Assembly: GCA_032718475.1 (NCBI GenBank)
Contig: JAUCBJ010006587.1
Coordinates: 65,640-129,639, forward strand
Direction of reading: 5' to 3'
From: Nemertoderma westbladi
Taxonomy: Eukaryota; Animalia; Xenacoelomorpha
DNA length: 64,000 bases
This document shows positions 24,076 to 35,187 of this stretch, one piece after another; the first letter of the stretch is position 1, and each line of letters begins with the position of its first letter. The notes below the pieces were generated by a model, which was given only the letters and a program-made list of their open reading frames with translations, did no database searches and was not told the origin of the DNA. Made by a program: the position numbers and the translations under genes.

Positions 24076-25999
24076 CTCAAACAGACTACAGCGGCCAAGA
24101 ATGCAGTTAAAGCTGCATCTAGGTCTCTGAACAGGCAGTACTCTGTTAATCTACAGGAGCTAATAAACCAACAGGTTGATGCCATCAATGATGCTGACGA
24201 CAGCAGGCAATCATCCCAGGCATGGAAATCGATCAATCTGCTTACTGGGCGGAAAAGCCAACCAACCACCAAGGTTAAGGCTGAATCACCAGCCGATCGC
24301 CTCAATGGTTGGAAAGCCCACTTTGAAAAGCTCCTCAATAATGACAGGGTATTGCCTGATAACTTTATAGAAGTAAAAGTGTCTGAGTCTGTACTCCCAG
24401 ATATTCCCATTGGCGATATCTCCTTTGCAGAAGTGAAGGCTGCTGCAAAGAGCATTAAGACCAATCGTGCCAGTGGAGTAGATGGTGTTCCCCCTGAGGT
24501 CTTTAAAATACCTGAGTGTCTAAAGCTCATCTATCCCATCATAGTAGACATGTACCGTACAACAAGAGTCCCACAAGAAATGAAAACAAATAAGTTGGTG
24601 CCAGTTCCCAAGAAGGGCAACCTAACACTCTATGGTTCTTTTCGGGGAATCTCATTGATCTCGATTGCTGCAAAACTATACAATAGAATTCTATTAAATC
24701 GCATCAGGGATCCCATTGAGAGACTGCTACGTGGAAATCAGAATGGGTTCCGTAAAGGTCGTGGGACCATGGAGCCCATTTTGGCACTTAGAAGGATAAT
24801 TGAAGAGTTATCAAAAAAGAAAGACAGGCATCTGGCTGTTATCTTTGTTGACTTCTTCAAGGCCTTTGATTCAGTCTCTCGCTCACGTATGTTCAGCATA
24901 CTTTCATTATATGGGATTCCTGATGAAATTATTGCAGCAATCAGATCAGTATACGATGGTTCGACAACATTTGTGTCTACTGTTGACGGTGACACAGAAC
25001 CATTTGAAGTGTTATGGGGCGTCCTCCAAGGAGACACACTTGCACCATTCTTGTTCATTATTGTGGTTGACTATGTTCTACGCATGTCCTTAGATCATCA
25101 TAATGATGATGGGGTGATGATAACTCCACCTACTGGCTCCAGAAGTCGAGGAAATCCTGCCAAGTACCTAACTGATCTAGACTTTGCTGATGACTTAGGA
25201 GTACTCTCAGAATCATTAGAGGGAGCCCAGCGGCTCCTCAGCTCATTAGAACATGCTGCTTCTAGTGTTGGTCTTTTTATTAACTCCAGAAAGACCAAAA
25301 TTCTGACAGTTAACTTTGAAAGTCCTCAGCAAGTCTCTGATCGGATGAGCATAAGCTCAAAGGATGGTATGCTTGAGCATGTGGACGACTTCTGTTACCT
25401 GGGATCATGGATCCGGAAGTCAGGTGAGGACCTTCGAATACGTAAGGGAAAGGCATGGGCAGCCTTGAATAGGCTTTCCAGGATTTGGAAGTCACCTAGA
25501 ATTAATCGGAAACTTAAGGTCCGATTATTTAGAGCAGCAGTAGTTCCAGTACTCCTCTACGGGAGTCCATGCTGGGCTCTAACTGCTGAGGACACCAAAT
25601 CTCTGGATGGCACATTCACAAGAATGCTACGCCGGGTACATTGTGTCAAGTACAATGCACACATCTCCAACCAGACACTATATAACATTGGAGGTGTCTC
25701 ATTGGTTCCCCCAAGCTTGACACTAGAACAAAATCGCCTCCGCTTTGCAGGACATTGCTTTCGCCGTGAGGACCAGCCAGTGCATAATCTTGTACTTTGG
25801 CAGCCTCATGGAGTGAATAAGCATGGTGGACAGCCCATGACTTTCTTGAGACGCATCTTAAAGGACACTGGCCTTAAAGATGCGGATGATCTAGCAAATG
25901 TCATGGGTGATAGGGAGTTGTGGCGGCGCAATTTTGTTGACAAGCCGGCACAGCATTCTTAAAAATGCAGCTGCAATGCAGCATGCCGATCCTAGTAGT
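24075..25999 (+). mobile_element. 5'-truncated RTE-clade non-LTR retrotransposon
   Basis: TSD AGATGAAATG (24065-24074, 26000-26009), short 3' UTR, (TAG)n tail. Confidence 0.92.
24076..25962 (+). CDS. LINE reverse transcriptase (endonuclease lost by 5' truncation)
   Basis: Motifs FRGISL, QNGFRKGR, FVDFFKAFDSV, GVLQGDTLAPFLF, LDFADD, YLGS. The frame is open from 24076, upstream of the track start at 24352. Confidence 0.92.
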   Translation, partial: LKQTTAAKNAVKAASRSLNRQYSVNLQELINQQVDAINDADDSRQSSQAWKSINLLTGRKSQPTTKVKAESPADRLNGWKAHFEKLLNNDRVLPDNFIEVKVSESVLPDIPIGDISFAEVKAAAKSIKTNRASGVDGVPPEVFKIPECLKLIYPIIVDMYRTTRVPQEMKTNKLVPVPKKGNLTLYGSFRGISLISIAAKLYNRILLNRIRDPIERLLRGNQNGFRKGRGTMEPILALRRIIEELSKKKDRHLAVIFVDFFKAFDSVSRSRMFSILSLYGIPDEIIAAIRSVYDGSTTFVSTVDGDTEPFEVLWGVLQGDTLAPFLFIIVVDYVLRMSLDHHNDDGVMITPPTGSRSRGNPAKYLTDLDFADDLGVLSESLEGAQRLLSSLEHAASSVGLFINSRKTKILTVNFESPQQVSDRMSISSKDGMLEHVDDFCYLGSWIRKSGEDLRIRKGKAWAALNRLSRIWKSPRINRKLKVRLFRAAVVPVLLYGSPCWALTAEDTKSLDGTFTRMLRRVHCVKYNAHISNQTLYNIGGVSLVPPSLTLEQNRLRFAGHCFRREDQPVHNLVLWQPHGVNKHGGQPMTFLRRILKDTGLKDADDLANVMGDRELWRRNFVDKPAQHS

Positions 26000-26001
26000 A
26001 G

Positions 26002-28248
26002 ATGAAATGGTTACCTTTTAATGAATATTACAAAGATAACATACAGAACTCTGTGCTATCTAATGGAGAGAAACTTAGATTCCTCATCGAGTGCTTGGAA
26101 GGATCTCCCAAGCTAATGGCGTTAAAGTTTATTGGACATCCAGACGGATTAAGACAAGTTTGGGATACACTAAACATCAGGTATGGTAATAGGAATAACA
26201 TAGCTAGGTATTTGTATGCAAAATTAATGGCGCCCCGAAAGTTTCTTAGCAGCGGGATTATAGAGTTTTCCGATGAGATTCAGGAGATCTGTAGACAATT
26301 AGATTGGCTAGGTAAGTCTCATGAATACCAGAATTCTATGGTTGTAGGAGCCTTAGCATCTACTTTGCCCAAGGGTGGAGTAGGTACACGCTGGGACAAG
26401 AAAGTGTTATATATGATGGAACAACAACGACGAGACCCTACCATGGCTGATCTCATGTCATTCTTAGATGGAGAAGTGAAATTACAGCTCCTAAGGCAGT
26501 CCAGAGAGAAGACACTGGAAAACAAGGTAAGTGAGAAACCCGTTTCTAGGAGAAGGGTAATACCAGTGTGTTATACCGACGACGGCGAAAGCCAGGCTTC
26601 TCAAGAGGAAGACAGCGGGAAAGACACTGAAAGATCTTACTATGACCACAAAGCGACTAAGGACGTAAGTAAATTCAAGTCTCGAACCAATGACAGGAGA
26701 GAACAGGTAAGAAAAACTCCTCCTACGTCTCCTAAGAGAATTCAAGTAAGAAAGCCCGAAGAAAGAACGAGTGTGCACAACGTTACTCAAAGTAAGGTAA
26801 GTAACATCAAACCAAAATGTGTGCTGTGCGACGGGCCCCACCGTTTGAATATGTGTGATAAATTCCTAAAGAAATCATTAAAGGATAGACGTGAAGTCAT
26901 GTGGGATAAGCGGTTGTGTTATAATTGCCTCAGACGAGGACACCAACGGCGAACCTGTTACTCCGACTCAAGGTGTGCAAAGTGCGGCGCAAAACATCAT
27001 ATCTTGTTGCACACGGAATTCGAACGAAACAGCCCGAGTCAGGTAAGTGAGTCCGAACTACATGTCCAATTCAGTGATGTGAACGACACTGACCAATATT
27101 CTGAGATGGAAGGATTCTATACGGACGAATTCTCCGACGAAAACGAATCCTGTTACCTGACAAATACCGCAGTGTATCGAGCACTTACGTATGAAAAGGA
27201 CACCGACAGCGAGCTCCCCCTAACTACTTCTGACCGACAACCATCTTGGAAAGCACCAACTTCCAATGTAGGAATCCGAGAATTTCCTGTAGTACAGTTA
27301 AGGGTCCACGGACCTACAAGGAGTTATATAGTGAACGCCCTCCTTGACTCCGGTAGCACAGGAACATTCATCGACAAAGAACTAGCCGAAGACATCTTTG
27401 CTGGACAACCCAAGTTCCGAACTAAGCTAAACATGTCAGGAATTATGCAGGTTTGGAAATCTACCGTAATAGCGGATTATTATGTAGGCGCGTTGTCCAC
27501 CCCCCAGGATGAACTAGGAGAACACAGCATAAGGTCAGTAAAAATGGTAGCGATAAAGAACTTCGCGACCAGCCAAGTGGAACCTTATAACTGGGATGAG
27601 GACGATTTCACCCAGCAGCTTGAAATACCTAGATTCAACACCGATTACCCTGGAGTCCAAATACTCATCGGTCAAAATGCGCATGAAGCGCTCGAGACAT
27701 TGGAGAAACGGCCTGCTCAACCGCAACCACTACAAGTCTATGCGGGAAGAACTAGAGTAGGTTGGTACTTTACTGGCCCTTCTCGTAGAACTCTTATGGA
27801 AAGATTACCAAAAGAACAGGTATATCAATTAAGTGAACGGGAAGTGGAGAGCAGTGAAGTTGACGACCCAACTGAGGGAACACCATACTCCTCAGATAAT
27901 GACGACATCAACTCCAATGTAGATCAATGGAGACATTGCCCCGAGACGATCAATCTAGCCGACATCGCTTCCAGAGGAGCAACTCCTCAAGAACTTACAG
28001 ATACTCCAGACCGGTTAGGTGGACCCGACTTCCTAAGTAAAGAAGATGAATGGCCTCCTCATCTTACCCCGGTGAAGATTAGACAGGCCAAGGGAGCGGA
28101 GAAAGTAACACAACCACTCAATCGCCCAGCTGGTCGTTTATGTTTACTGGAAAGAGACCGAAAACTGTCCGGAAACTATGGAAGGCAAGATACTCTTCCC
28201 ACGACCACCTCCCTAATCCAACAAATATCTAGGGACTCCATAACGTAA
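26002..28248 (+). CDS. Element A Gag core, zinc knuckles and aspartic protease, fused in frame to remnants of the pol C-terminus; RT, RNase H and integrase deleted
   Basis: Capsid-like region (KLRFLIECLEG), CVLCDGPH, CYNCLRRGH, CAKCGAKHHILLH, ALLDSGST. It jumps from SSDNDDI to DQWRHCP relative to element C. Confidence 0.9.
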   Translation: MKWLPFNEYYKDNIQNSVLSNGEKLRFLIECLEGSPKLMALKFIGHPDGLRQVWDTLNIRYGNRNNIARYLYAKLMAPRKFLSSGIIEFSDEIQEICRQLDWLGKSHEYQNSMVVGALASTLPKGGVGTRWDKKVLYMMEQQRRDPTMADLMSFLDGEVKLQLLRQSREKTLENKVSEKPVSRRRVIPVCYTDDGESQASQEEDSGKDTERSYYDHKATKDVSKFKSRTNDRREQVRKTPPTSPKRIQVRKPEERTSVHNVTQSKVSNIKPKCVLCDGPHRLNMCDKFLKKSLKDRREVMWDKRLCYNCLRRGHQRRTCYSDSRCAKCGAKHHILLHTEFERNSPSQVSESELHVQFSDVNDTDQYSEMEGFYTDEFSDENESCYLTNTAVYRALTYEKDTDSELPLTTSDRQPSWKAPTSNVGIREFPVVQLRVHGPTRSYIVNALLDSGSTGTFIDKELAEDIFAGQPKFRTKLNMSGIMQVWKSTVIADYYVGALSTPQDELGEHSIRSVKMVAIKNFATSQVEPYNWDEDDFTQQLEIPRFNTDYPGVQILIGQNAHEALETLEKRPAQPQPLQVYAGRTRVGWYFTGPSRRTLMERLPKEQVYQLSEREVESSEVDDPTEGTPYSSDNDDINSNVDQWRHCPETINLADIASRGATPQELTDTPDRLGGPDFLSKEDEWPPHLTPVKIRQAKGAEKVTQPLNRPAGRLCLLERDRKLSGNYGRQDTLPTTTSLIQQISRDSIT

Positions 28249-29873
28249 CAACATACGGAGTGGGTGTGTGACTACATTATTTTATATTTATTTTTATTAT
28301 TTTATATTATGTATGTATTATTATGTAATTTTATTATAATCGTTTTCTTTAATTTTATTTAGTAGAATGTTATTTAGTGATTATTTAGTAGATTAGTGCA
28401 ATATATTAGTGTTTATTACTTAATTACTTATATATTATATTTAGTGCGACGGCGAGAAATAATTCTTTTTCTCTTTCCTTACTGTCCGTATCATATTATA
28501 AATACGTGACTACAGTAAGATGAAATATCCGTACTTATTAAAGTACAATAAAGCCACTACTATATTTAAGTATTATTGGTAGGCAGAGTATTAGGAATGC
28601 AAAGTTCAGATCCTCGTGTCTCGGCTAAACCAAGCTCTGGGTAGACCTTGGAAACGACTTGCCTCTTCTCACTGACATTGCTTCGTGCGATATTGCTCTC
28701 ATACCGTATATTAAATAATACATATAGTAGCGTGATGTCCCTTTAACAGTAGCGTATAACGCAAAATAAATCTGTTAAACCCTTTGACCATCTGTAATTC
28801 TAGTCGATTAAGATATCGCGGCACCCACCGATATACTTGAAAGACAAATTCTAGAATCAGTGGTTAACGTCCCCAGACAAGTTCTGGAATAAACTGGTGC
28901 CCATCCTAAATATTAATTATTAATATTTATAAAATCTGTCAAATTTTAGATCCTTTAAAATTCTAGTCTATTAAGATATCGTAGCACTTACCGATATTCT
29001 TAAAAAGATCAATTCCTAGAATCAAGGATCCCAGTCCACAGACTTGTTCTGGAATAAAATTGTGTCTATTTAATATTAAATAATAAAATTACGGGAATAA
29101 ATTTAAATTCATCTTTTAATGAATTTGATAAATTGTTATTTTATACAATTTATAATATTCCCAAAATTCCATTAATTAATAGATCATGGGAGCGGAGATT
29201 CACCTCTTAAGTGTATTAGTGTGCGAGAATCTCCAATATAGAGTCAATAGCCGATAAAATTCATAAAATCATATATAAAGATGATATTGACCATCAAAGA
29301 CTTACTATTAAATAGCATCCCAGATCTGTATGCATGAGAATTACCCTAATTCTACCGCTAGCTTTCCATAATGTCACCATAGCAACAACCACGCTAAAAT
29401 TAGAAGCGAGTTAACAGAACAATAAAAAGCTTGCCCCATTGAATAGCATAGGGAATAAATAGCGCACTGCTAGTATCCAAGGATACATAATAAATACAGT
29501 GACATTCTGGAAGGTACTGACTAACGGACAAATTGCCCGAATGTGTGCGGTTATGGCAGTTGTGTTGAATTTGTGCGTTTGTAGGTGAATGTTTCTACTA
29601 AGGTGTGTTTACAGTAGCGAGTCGCAATTGTGAAAGTAGCCCTAACTCTCCAGAAAGAACCTGCAGTACATCTAAGCCTTTGGGACGGACAGTGGAGTGA
29701 CTTGTGCCGGTTATCGTTGTCGTTGTGTAGCTACATCGTTGGCGAAAGCACGGCGATGACGGTACATCGGCGCTGAGGATCTTACACTGTCCGGGGGCAA
29801 AAGAGGGGTAGGCAGCGACGCCCGCTAGCCTAATATATAAACTCATTATAATATTGATAAACTCATAGCAGAT

Positions 29874-31396
29874 ATGACTGAGTTGATAGAAGATGATCTC
29901 GGTATTAGGGAGCGATATACTCTACCTTTACAAGCGTTTGTCGATAGCTTGATACGCGGCGACGCTGATCCAACTACTACGGAGGATGATGGTCGTTATA
30001 TCTAACCGCCAATGTCCCGGAAGCAACTTGCGCGTGGGTTGGACTGTAGAAAATTCACCGCTCGCTATACACATCGTAATGGTACGTATATGGACTTCTT
30101 AACTACTGGTCATCCTATCGACCTACACGATACGAACGATATAGACACCAAAAGGGAAATTGTTTTATTTAAATATCATACCCAGCGGAAGCGGAACGAT
30201 AAACTGAGACTCGAACACGAAAATTCTATTCGAAACCGACTCGAAAGTGCAGATGGTGAAGAGCCGGATAAACGCAGCGACTTCACCAAATACCTGGAAT
30301 TCTTGAGAGAAACCTATCTCGATATTACCAGTCAACAGAATCTAGAAACTCGATATCCTCAAGGTATACATCATGACCGCATGGTAGAACTCAAACGGCT
30401 CTATTCCACTATGATGTATCTTACCGCCGATCGACCGCTACCTGTTGTACCGGATAGTTTCGAACGGATGGAGGAATATTGTAAGCTGGAGAAAGATCAC
30501 TCGAGTTTCCCCTACAAGACGTGCGTTTTTGGTATTTTTGCGATGAATGCCCAAGACCCAACCAACAAACGGAAAGACATAAACATCCGCGGAGACGTTG
30601 CTTTAAACACGGTTTTACTCGCTATATTTACGGGAGTTTCGAGCGAAACTTGTTCGATGTATCACCTACGCTCGTTCGACTCAGACGATCCTTAAATAAA
30701 CCAATGATCAGAGTTTCGGAATACTCGATCAGATCTTCTCATTCCCTAGTGAGACCTCAGACTCTTGATCCTATTAGTATGACGGATCCTCCCGAGCTGT
30801 ACTCACTACTCAAAGATCTAGTGTTACCTGAACAATTAGTCGGTGGCACCCCGGTTGTGGGCTTCCTAGATATTAGCCCATCCTACCTAGCCGGATTGGG
30901 ACGCGGACATTTAATATCGCCGCTTAACCCTTACCATCGTCCCGGCTTAACACGATATAACCTGTCACCAAAGTGGCGGAGAGCGTTGTACCAAATGAGT
31001 TAGACGCTATTCTACAAAGATCGGAAAAGGAACTTACGCTTGTTCAGATAAACGTAAATTGCACTAGCAAGTCCAAGCGGTAAACAAAGTAAATTTATCT
31101 CAGTTCGATCGGGAAATCCAGAATCTCTAAGAAGTTATCGAACTTGGACGACCCTATTCTCTGCGAGAGTTTTTGGATGAACGTATCCAGCTACGAGCGG
31201 AGGAAAATCAGCTCGAGGAGAAGCATATCGAAACGGCAGATACCTCGCCCATAATCCTACACCTTCTGATGCAATCATATTGCACCCTTCACCCCGGAGT
31301 TATGGCCCTCCTAGTAAAGTGGCTCGCCCCAAAGAGAAAAGGACTCTTGCTAGCCTCAAAAAACTGCGTAAACGCCGTCCTCGTAAGAAAGACTAA
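29874..31396 (+). pseudogene. Disrupted extra ORF of element A between pol and the 3' LTR (unknown function, non-env)
   Basis: ATG 29874 is homologous to C ORF 50061. Premature TAA at 30003, then fragments 30012-30695 and 30521-31003. Ends KKLRKRRPRKKD* as in C. Confidence 0.7.
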
Positions 31397-31465
31397 CTGT
31401 TTAGAGTATCTTTATATTTTAGAAACTGTGATTTGTTATATTTTATAGACTTAAATCCCATTTTC

Positions 31466-31474
31466 TGGGAGCGG
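31466..31474 (+). promoter_or_regulatory. Polypurine-tract position TGGGAGCGG of element A
   Basis: Directly precedes the 3' LTR. Same in B (43117-43125) and C (48822-48830, minus strand). Confidence 0.8.
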
Positions 31475-32346
31475 TGTAAAGGCTTTTGCGTAATTAGCCG
31501 GTTATTTTCCCCGTAAAGTACTCTGTAGTTGGTTTAACCGGCATAAAAGGCCGTGTCCTTACTGTATTGTTGTTTTAGAGGACATAAAAGCCATTTCTTC
31601 TGTATGTGTACTTTAGCGGACATGATTAGCAATTCTATGACGCAATAAGCCGGATCCTCTTGAAACAGTGTAGATACCATGACGACGGCTAACAGCTGAT
31701 ATTGCCACGTAGAACATCTCTTTGTTCTTTGTTCTCTCTTTGATCGGTCGACCAATCAGAGCGTTTTTTGCCTCTGTGTTGGAGATGGTATATAGAAACT
31801 AGGGAAGTGAGTCAGTATGTGAATTCTTCCACAGCCTACAACACCGGCGTGGAACCTACGTGTTTCAGTCTTTAGTTCAACATTAGTAGGCTTAATTATA
31901 GAACGTATATCCGTTATCTAATCTTATTAACTATCCATAACTTAATCATTCATACCTTAACATTACTGCTTTTGCTGTCGGCTATTCATTATATTTGTTG
32001 ATGGAACATTATATTTGGAATACTGATAAACAATCAGACACCCCAATCTTCTTGATATACTAAAGGTTAGAGAGACCGGATACATATAACGATTGCGACT
32101 TACATTAAGTGGTTTGAAGTGAATCTAATGCTATTTTATAGGCCCTACACGTATTGTCTGTTGTTCTCCTTATATGTGACTAAAATTAGTGAAGGTCGGC
32201 AGATTAGTGTGCAGCATTGTGCAGTATTGTGTATGATTGTGATTGATAACGAAGCATCTCCTAAAGAATGCGCCATATACGTGAATCTATAGCCATCCCG
32301 TTGTGTCTGGTTTAAGTCATAACTCTGTTTATATATTTAGAGCGCC
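31475..32346 (+). repeat. 3' LTR of A, left part (split by element B)
   Basis: Matches 18851-19722; 872 + 280 bp = 1152 bp. Confidence 0.95.
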
Positions 32347-33514
32347 TGTAAAAGCTTTTGCGTAATTAGCCGGTTATTATCCCCGTAAAGTACTCTGTGG
32401 TTGGTTTACCAGGCATAAAAAGGCCGTGTCCTTGCTGTACTGGTGTTTTAGAGGACATAAAAGCCATTTCTTCTGTATTTGTACTTTAGAGGACATAATC
32501 CGCAATTTCGGGACGCAATAAGCTCGATACTCTTGAAAACAGTGTCGCTACCATGACGACGGCTAACAGCTGATATTGCCACGTCGACATTTCTTTGTTT
32601 CTTTGTTCTCTCGTTGTTCGGTCGACCAATCAGAGCGTTTTTTGTCTCTGTGTTGGAGGTGGATACAGAAACTCAGGAATTCAGTGTTATGTTTTTGCCC
32701 AGAGCCTAAGAACACCGGCTTTTGGCACCTCCGTGTTTCAGTCTTTAGTCTTACATTAGTAGGCTTAATTATAGAACGTATATCTGTTATCGAGTTACCT
32801 TATCAATGCAATTCAATGCTTACTAAACATATCATGCATATCTTACTTAACATTACTGCTTTTGCTGTCGGTTATTCATTATATTTGTTGATGGAAGATT
32901 ATATTTGGAATACTGATCAATAGTCAGACACCCAACCTTCTTGATATACTAAAGGTTAGAGAGACCGGTTACAGATAAACGATTGCGACCTATGTTAAGT
33001 GGTTTGAAGTGAATCTAATGCTATTTTATAGGCCCTACATGTATTGTCTGTTATTCTCTTTGTATGTGACTAAAATTAGTGAAGATCGGCAGATTGGTGT
33101 GCAGCATTGTGCAGCATTGTGTATGATTGTGACTGATAACAAAGCATCTCCTAAAGAATGCGCCATATACGTGAATCTATAGCCATCTCATTGTGTCTGG
33201 TTTAAGTCATAACTCTGTTTACATATTTAGAGCGCCACGTCCTAAAGGAACTGTTAATATTTCCCGAAAGTGAATAATATTTGTCAGAGATTATATATTA
33301 CGATCAGTCGAATAATACAGTAGGCTTACACCATCAATCATTAAGCTTCCGAATTCAGTCTCCCGGGTATATCCAGCGGGTGAATGATTGCGCATAGACT
33401 GGCTTCGGCTAATGTAGTGTATCAAATACTCGTCATAGGCTAAAGACTATATATCATCTAAAAGACATCCTAATTTGGCAGGTTAAACTGTCAAAGGTCT
33501 TAAAAGCGCAAACA
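32347..33514 (+). repeat. 5' LTR of B (1168 bp)
   Basis: Near-identical to 43126-44293; only a few transitions seen by eye. Confidence 0.95.
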
Positions 33515-35187
33515 ATAACAGATATTGCTTCTGGATTGCGGCGTAAGCAATCAAGTCTAAAGTACCGGTACCGGTCGAACGGTAACCTGTACTGCTGTAA
33601 CCAGTAGGCCTGACTGCCTGATCATCCGAACCGGTACTCCGATCAAGTGCTAGTTGGGAACGTAGGGGCTTCAAGTGCTGTGAGGTAAACCCCCTGTGAA
33701 AGAATAAGTCGTACTACTGGGTTAGAACGCATACTAACTAATCATTTCGGAGTCTGCATATACCGTAGTTTGTTTAGCCTTGATAGTAGCCTGTCAGTAT
33801 TTGGTCTGCATTTTGTTTGAGTAGTTTGTACGCGTAGCGTAATATTTATTATTCAGAGTTTATGCTATTATTCGCAACATTCATTCCCCAAGTTTATTCC
33901 TACAGTAATTGTGTATGTTATACATACCGTTATAGTTAAACTAACCCCGGTACTACATCAGGGCTGCTCGGCGTAGGTAAAGACTGGAGATTTTGTGCTT
34001 TGGTCACTCCGGCAGATACCATGGTTCTTTTAGCTGTTCAAGTATTTTTAACTACTAATTATTTGTTGTACAAGTACTTGTACCTAATTTAGGGTTTAGT
34101 GTACAGTGCTTTCCGAAAGCAATTAGTGTGTAGGCAGTATATTTGTGTTGTAAAGTGGTTAATAGGCACGTTGGTTCTGGTAGACCGCGGTAATTAATCT
34201 CTAGGTAGGAACACTCCGTGATACATAACGTAGTACCTATAGCGATACGGTTATAGGTCGTCAGGCGGTGGTATTTTCCTATCTGGACAACGCAGTATAT
34301 TTACTACTACTTATTATTTTCAAATACCGTAGTAACCTGTCCGTTGTAATAACCAGATATACTAACCCTTTGTTAGGCTGGTTTGTAGATTTCTTGTAAA
34401 ATTACCCTAAAAATTCGTATTTGTGTATTTGTAATTAAATTTTTGTGTTTATTTAGAGATTGTAATCTCAACCCGAATTGTACGTAATTTGTAGTATTAA
34501 GTAACTTAGGTAAATTATAATTATTTGTTTTAGTGTCCAACAAGTAGCACTCCACTGAGAGCACACAGCTTCTGTGTAGTGACTCCCCCAGAAATAATAA
34601 CATTTATTTCAAATATTGACAAAAACCCATTTTAACGGGTATATATATTATAAATCAACTCAAACGATTTATAAATAGTAGGCCTGCCATACAACAATTA
34701 GGTCTCAATATCAGTTGGACTACTGCTTAAATAACGGTAATAAAGTAAGTTAAAGTAACCAAGTAACCCTTAAAATTCCGAAATTCAATTATTCTAAAAT
34801 AATTGATATACCGGTATTTACAATAGGCTTATTATCTTTATTTTATAAATATAGGCTGAAATTATACCGGTATTCTGTAATTAATTCTAGTCTGTAATTA
34901 TACTTATATATATACATTATAAGTGTAAGCTGTATACCGGTATTCAAGATAGGCCTATTATATATATAAACTTAGGCTGAAATCATACCGGTATTCTGTA
35001 ATTAATTCTAGTTACTAATAATACTTATATATACCATAAGCATACCGGTATTCTAATATTATATATATATCACGCTACACTGAGTAGCAGTATCGGTAAT
35101 TAATTACTAGGCTAGCAGTTAATACTGAATTACTAGACTTGCTTTAACTGTATTTATAGCCGTAGGCATTCAACTGTGTAAACAAAC

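Noticed and set aside
29598-29846. Antisense gene in the post-pol region (also 41010-41198)
   Set aside because: The reading frame is not conserved among A, B and C.
31475-33514. Assembly artefact or simple tandem element sharing an LTR
   Set aside because: A distinct GCGCC TSD, exact reconstitution of the 1152-bp A LTR, and divergence of A versus B LTRs show a true nested insertion.
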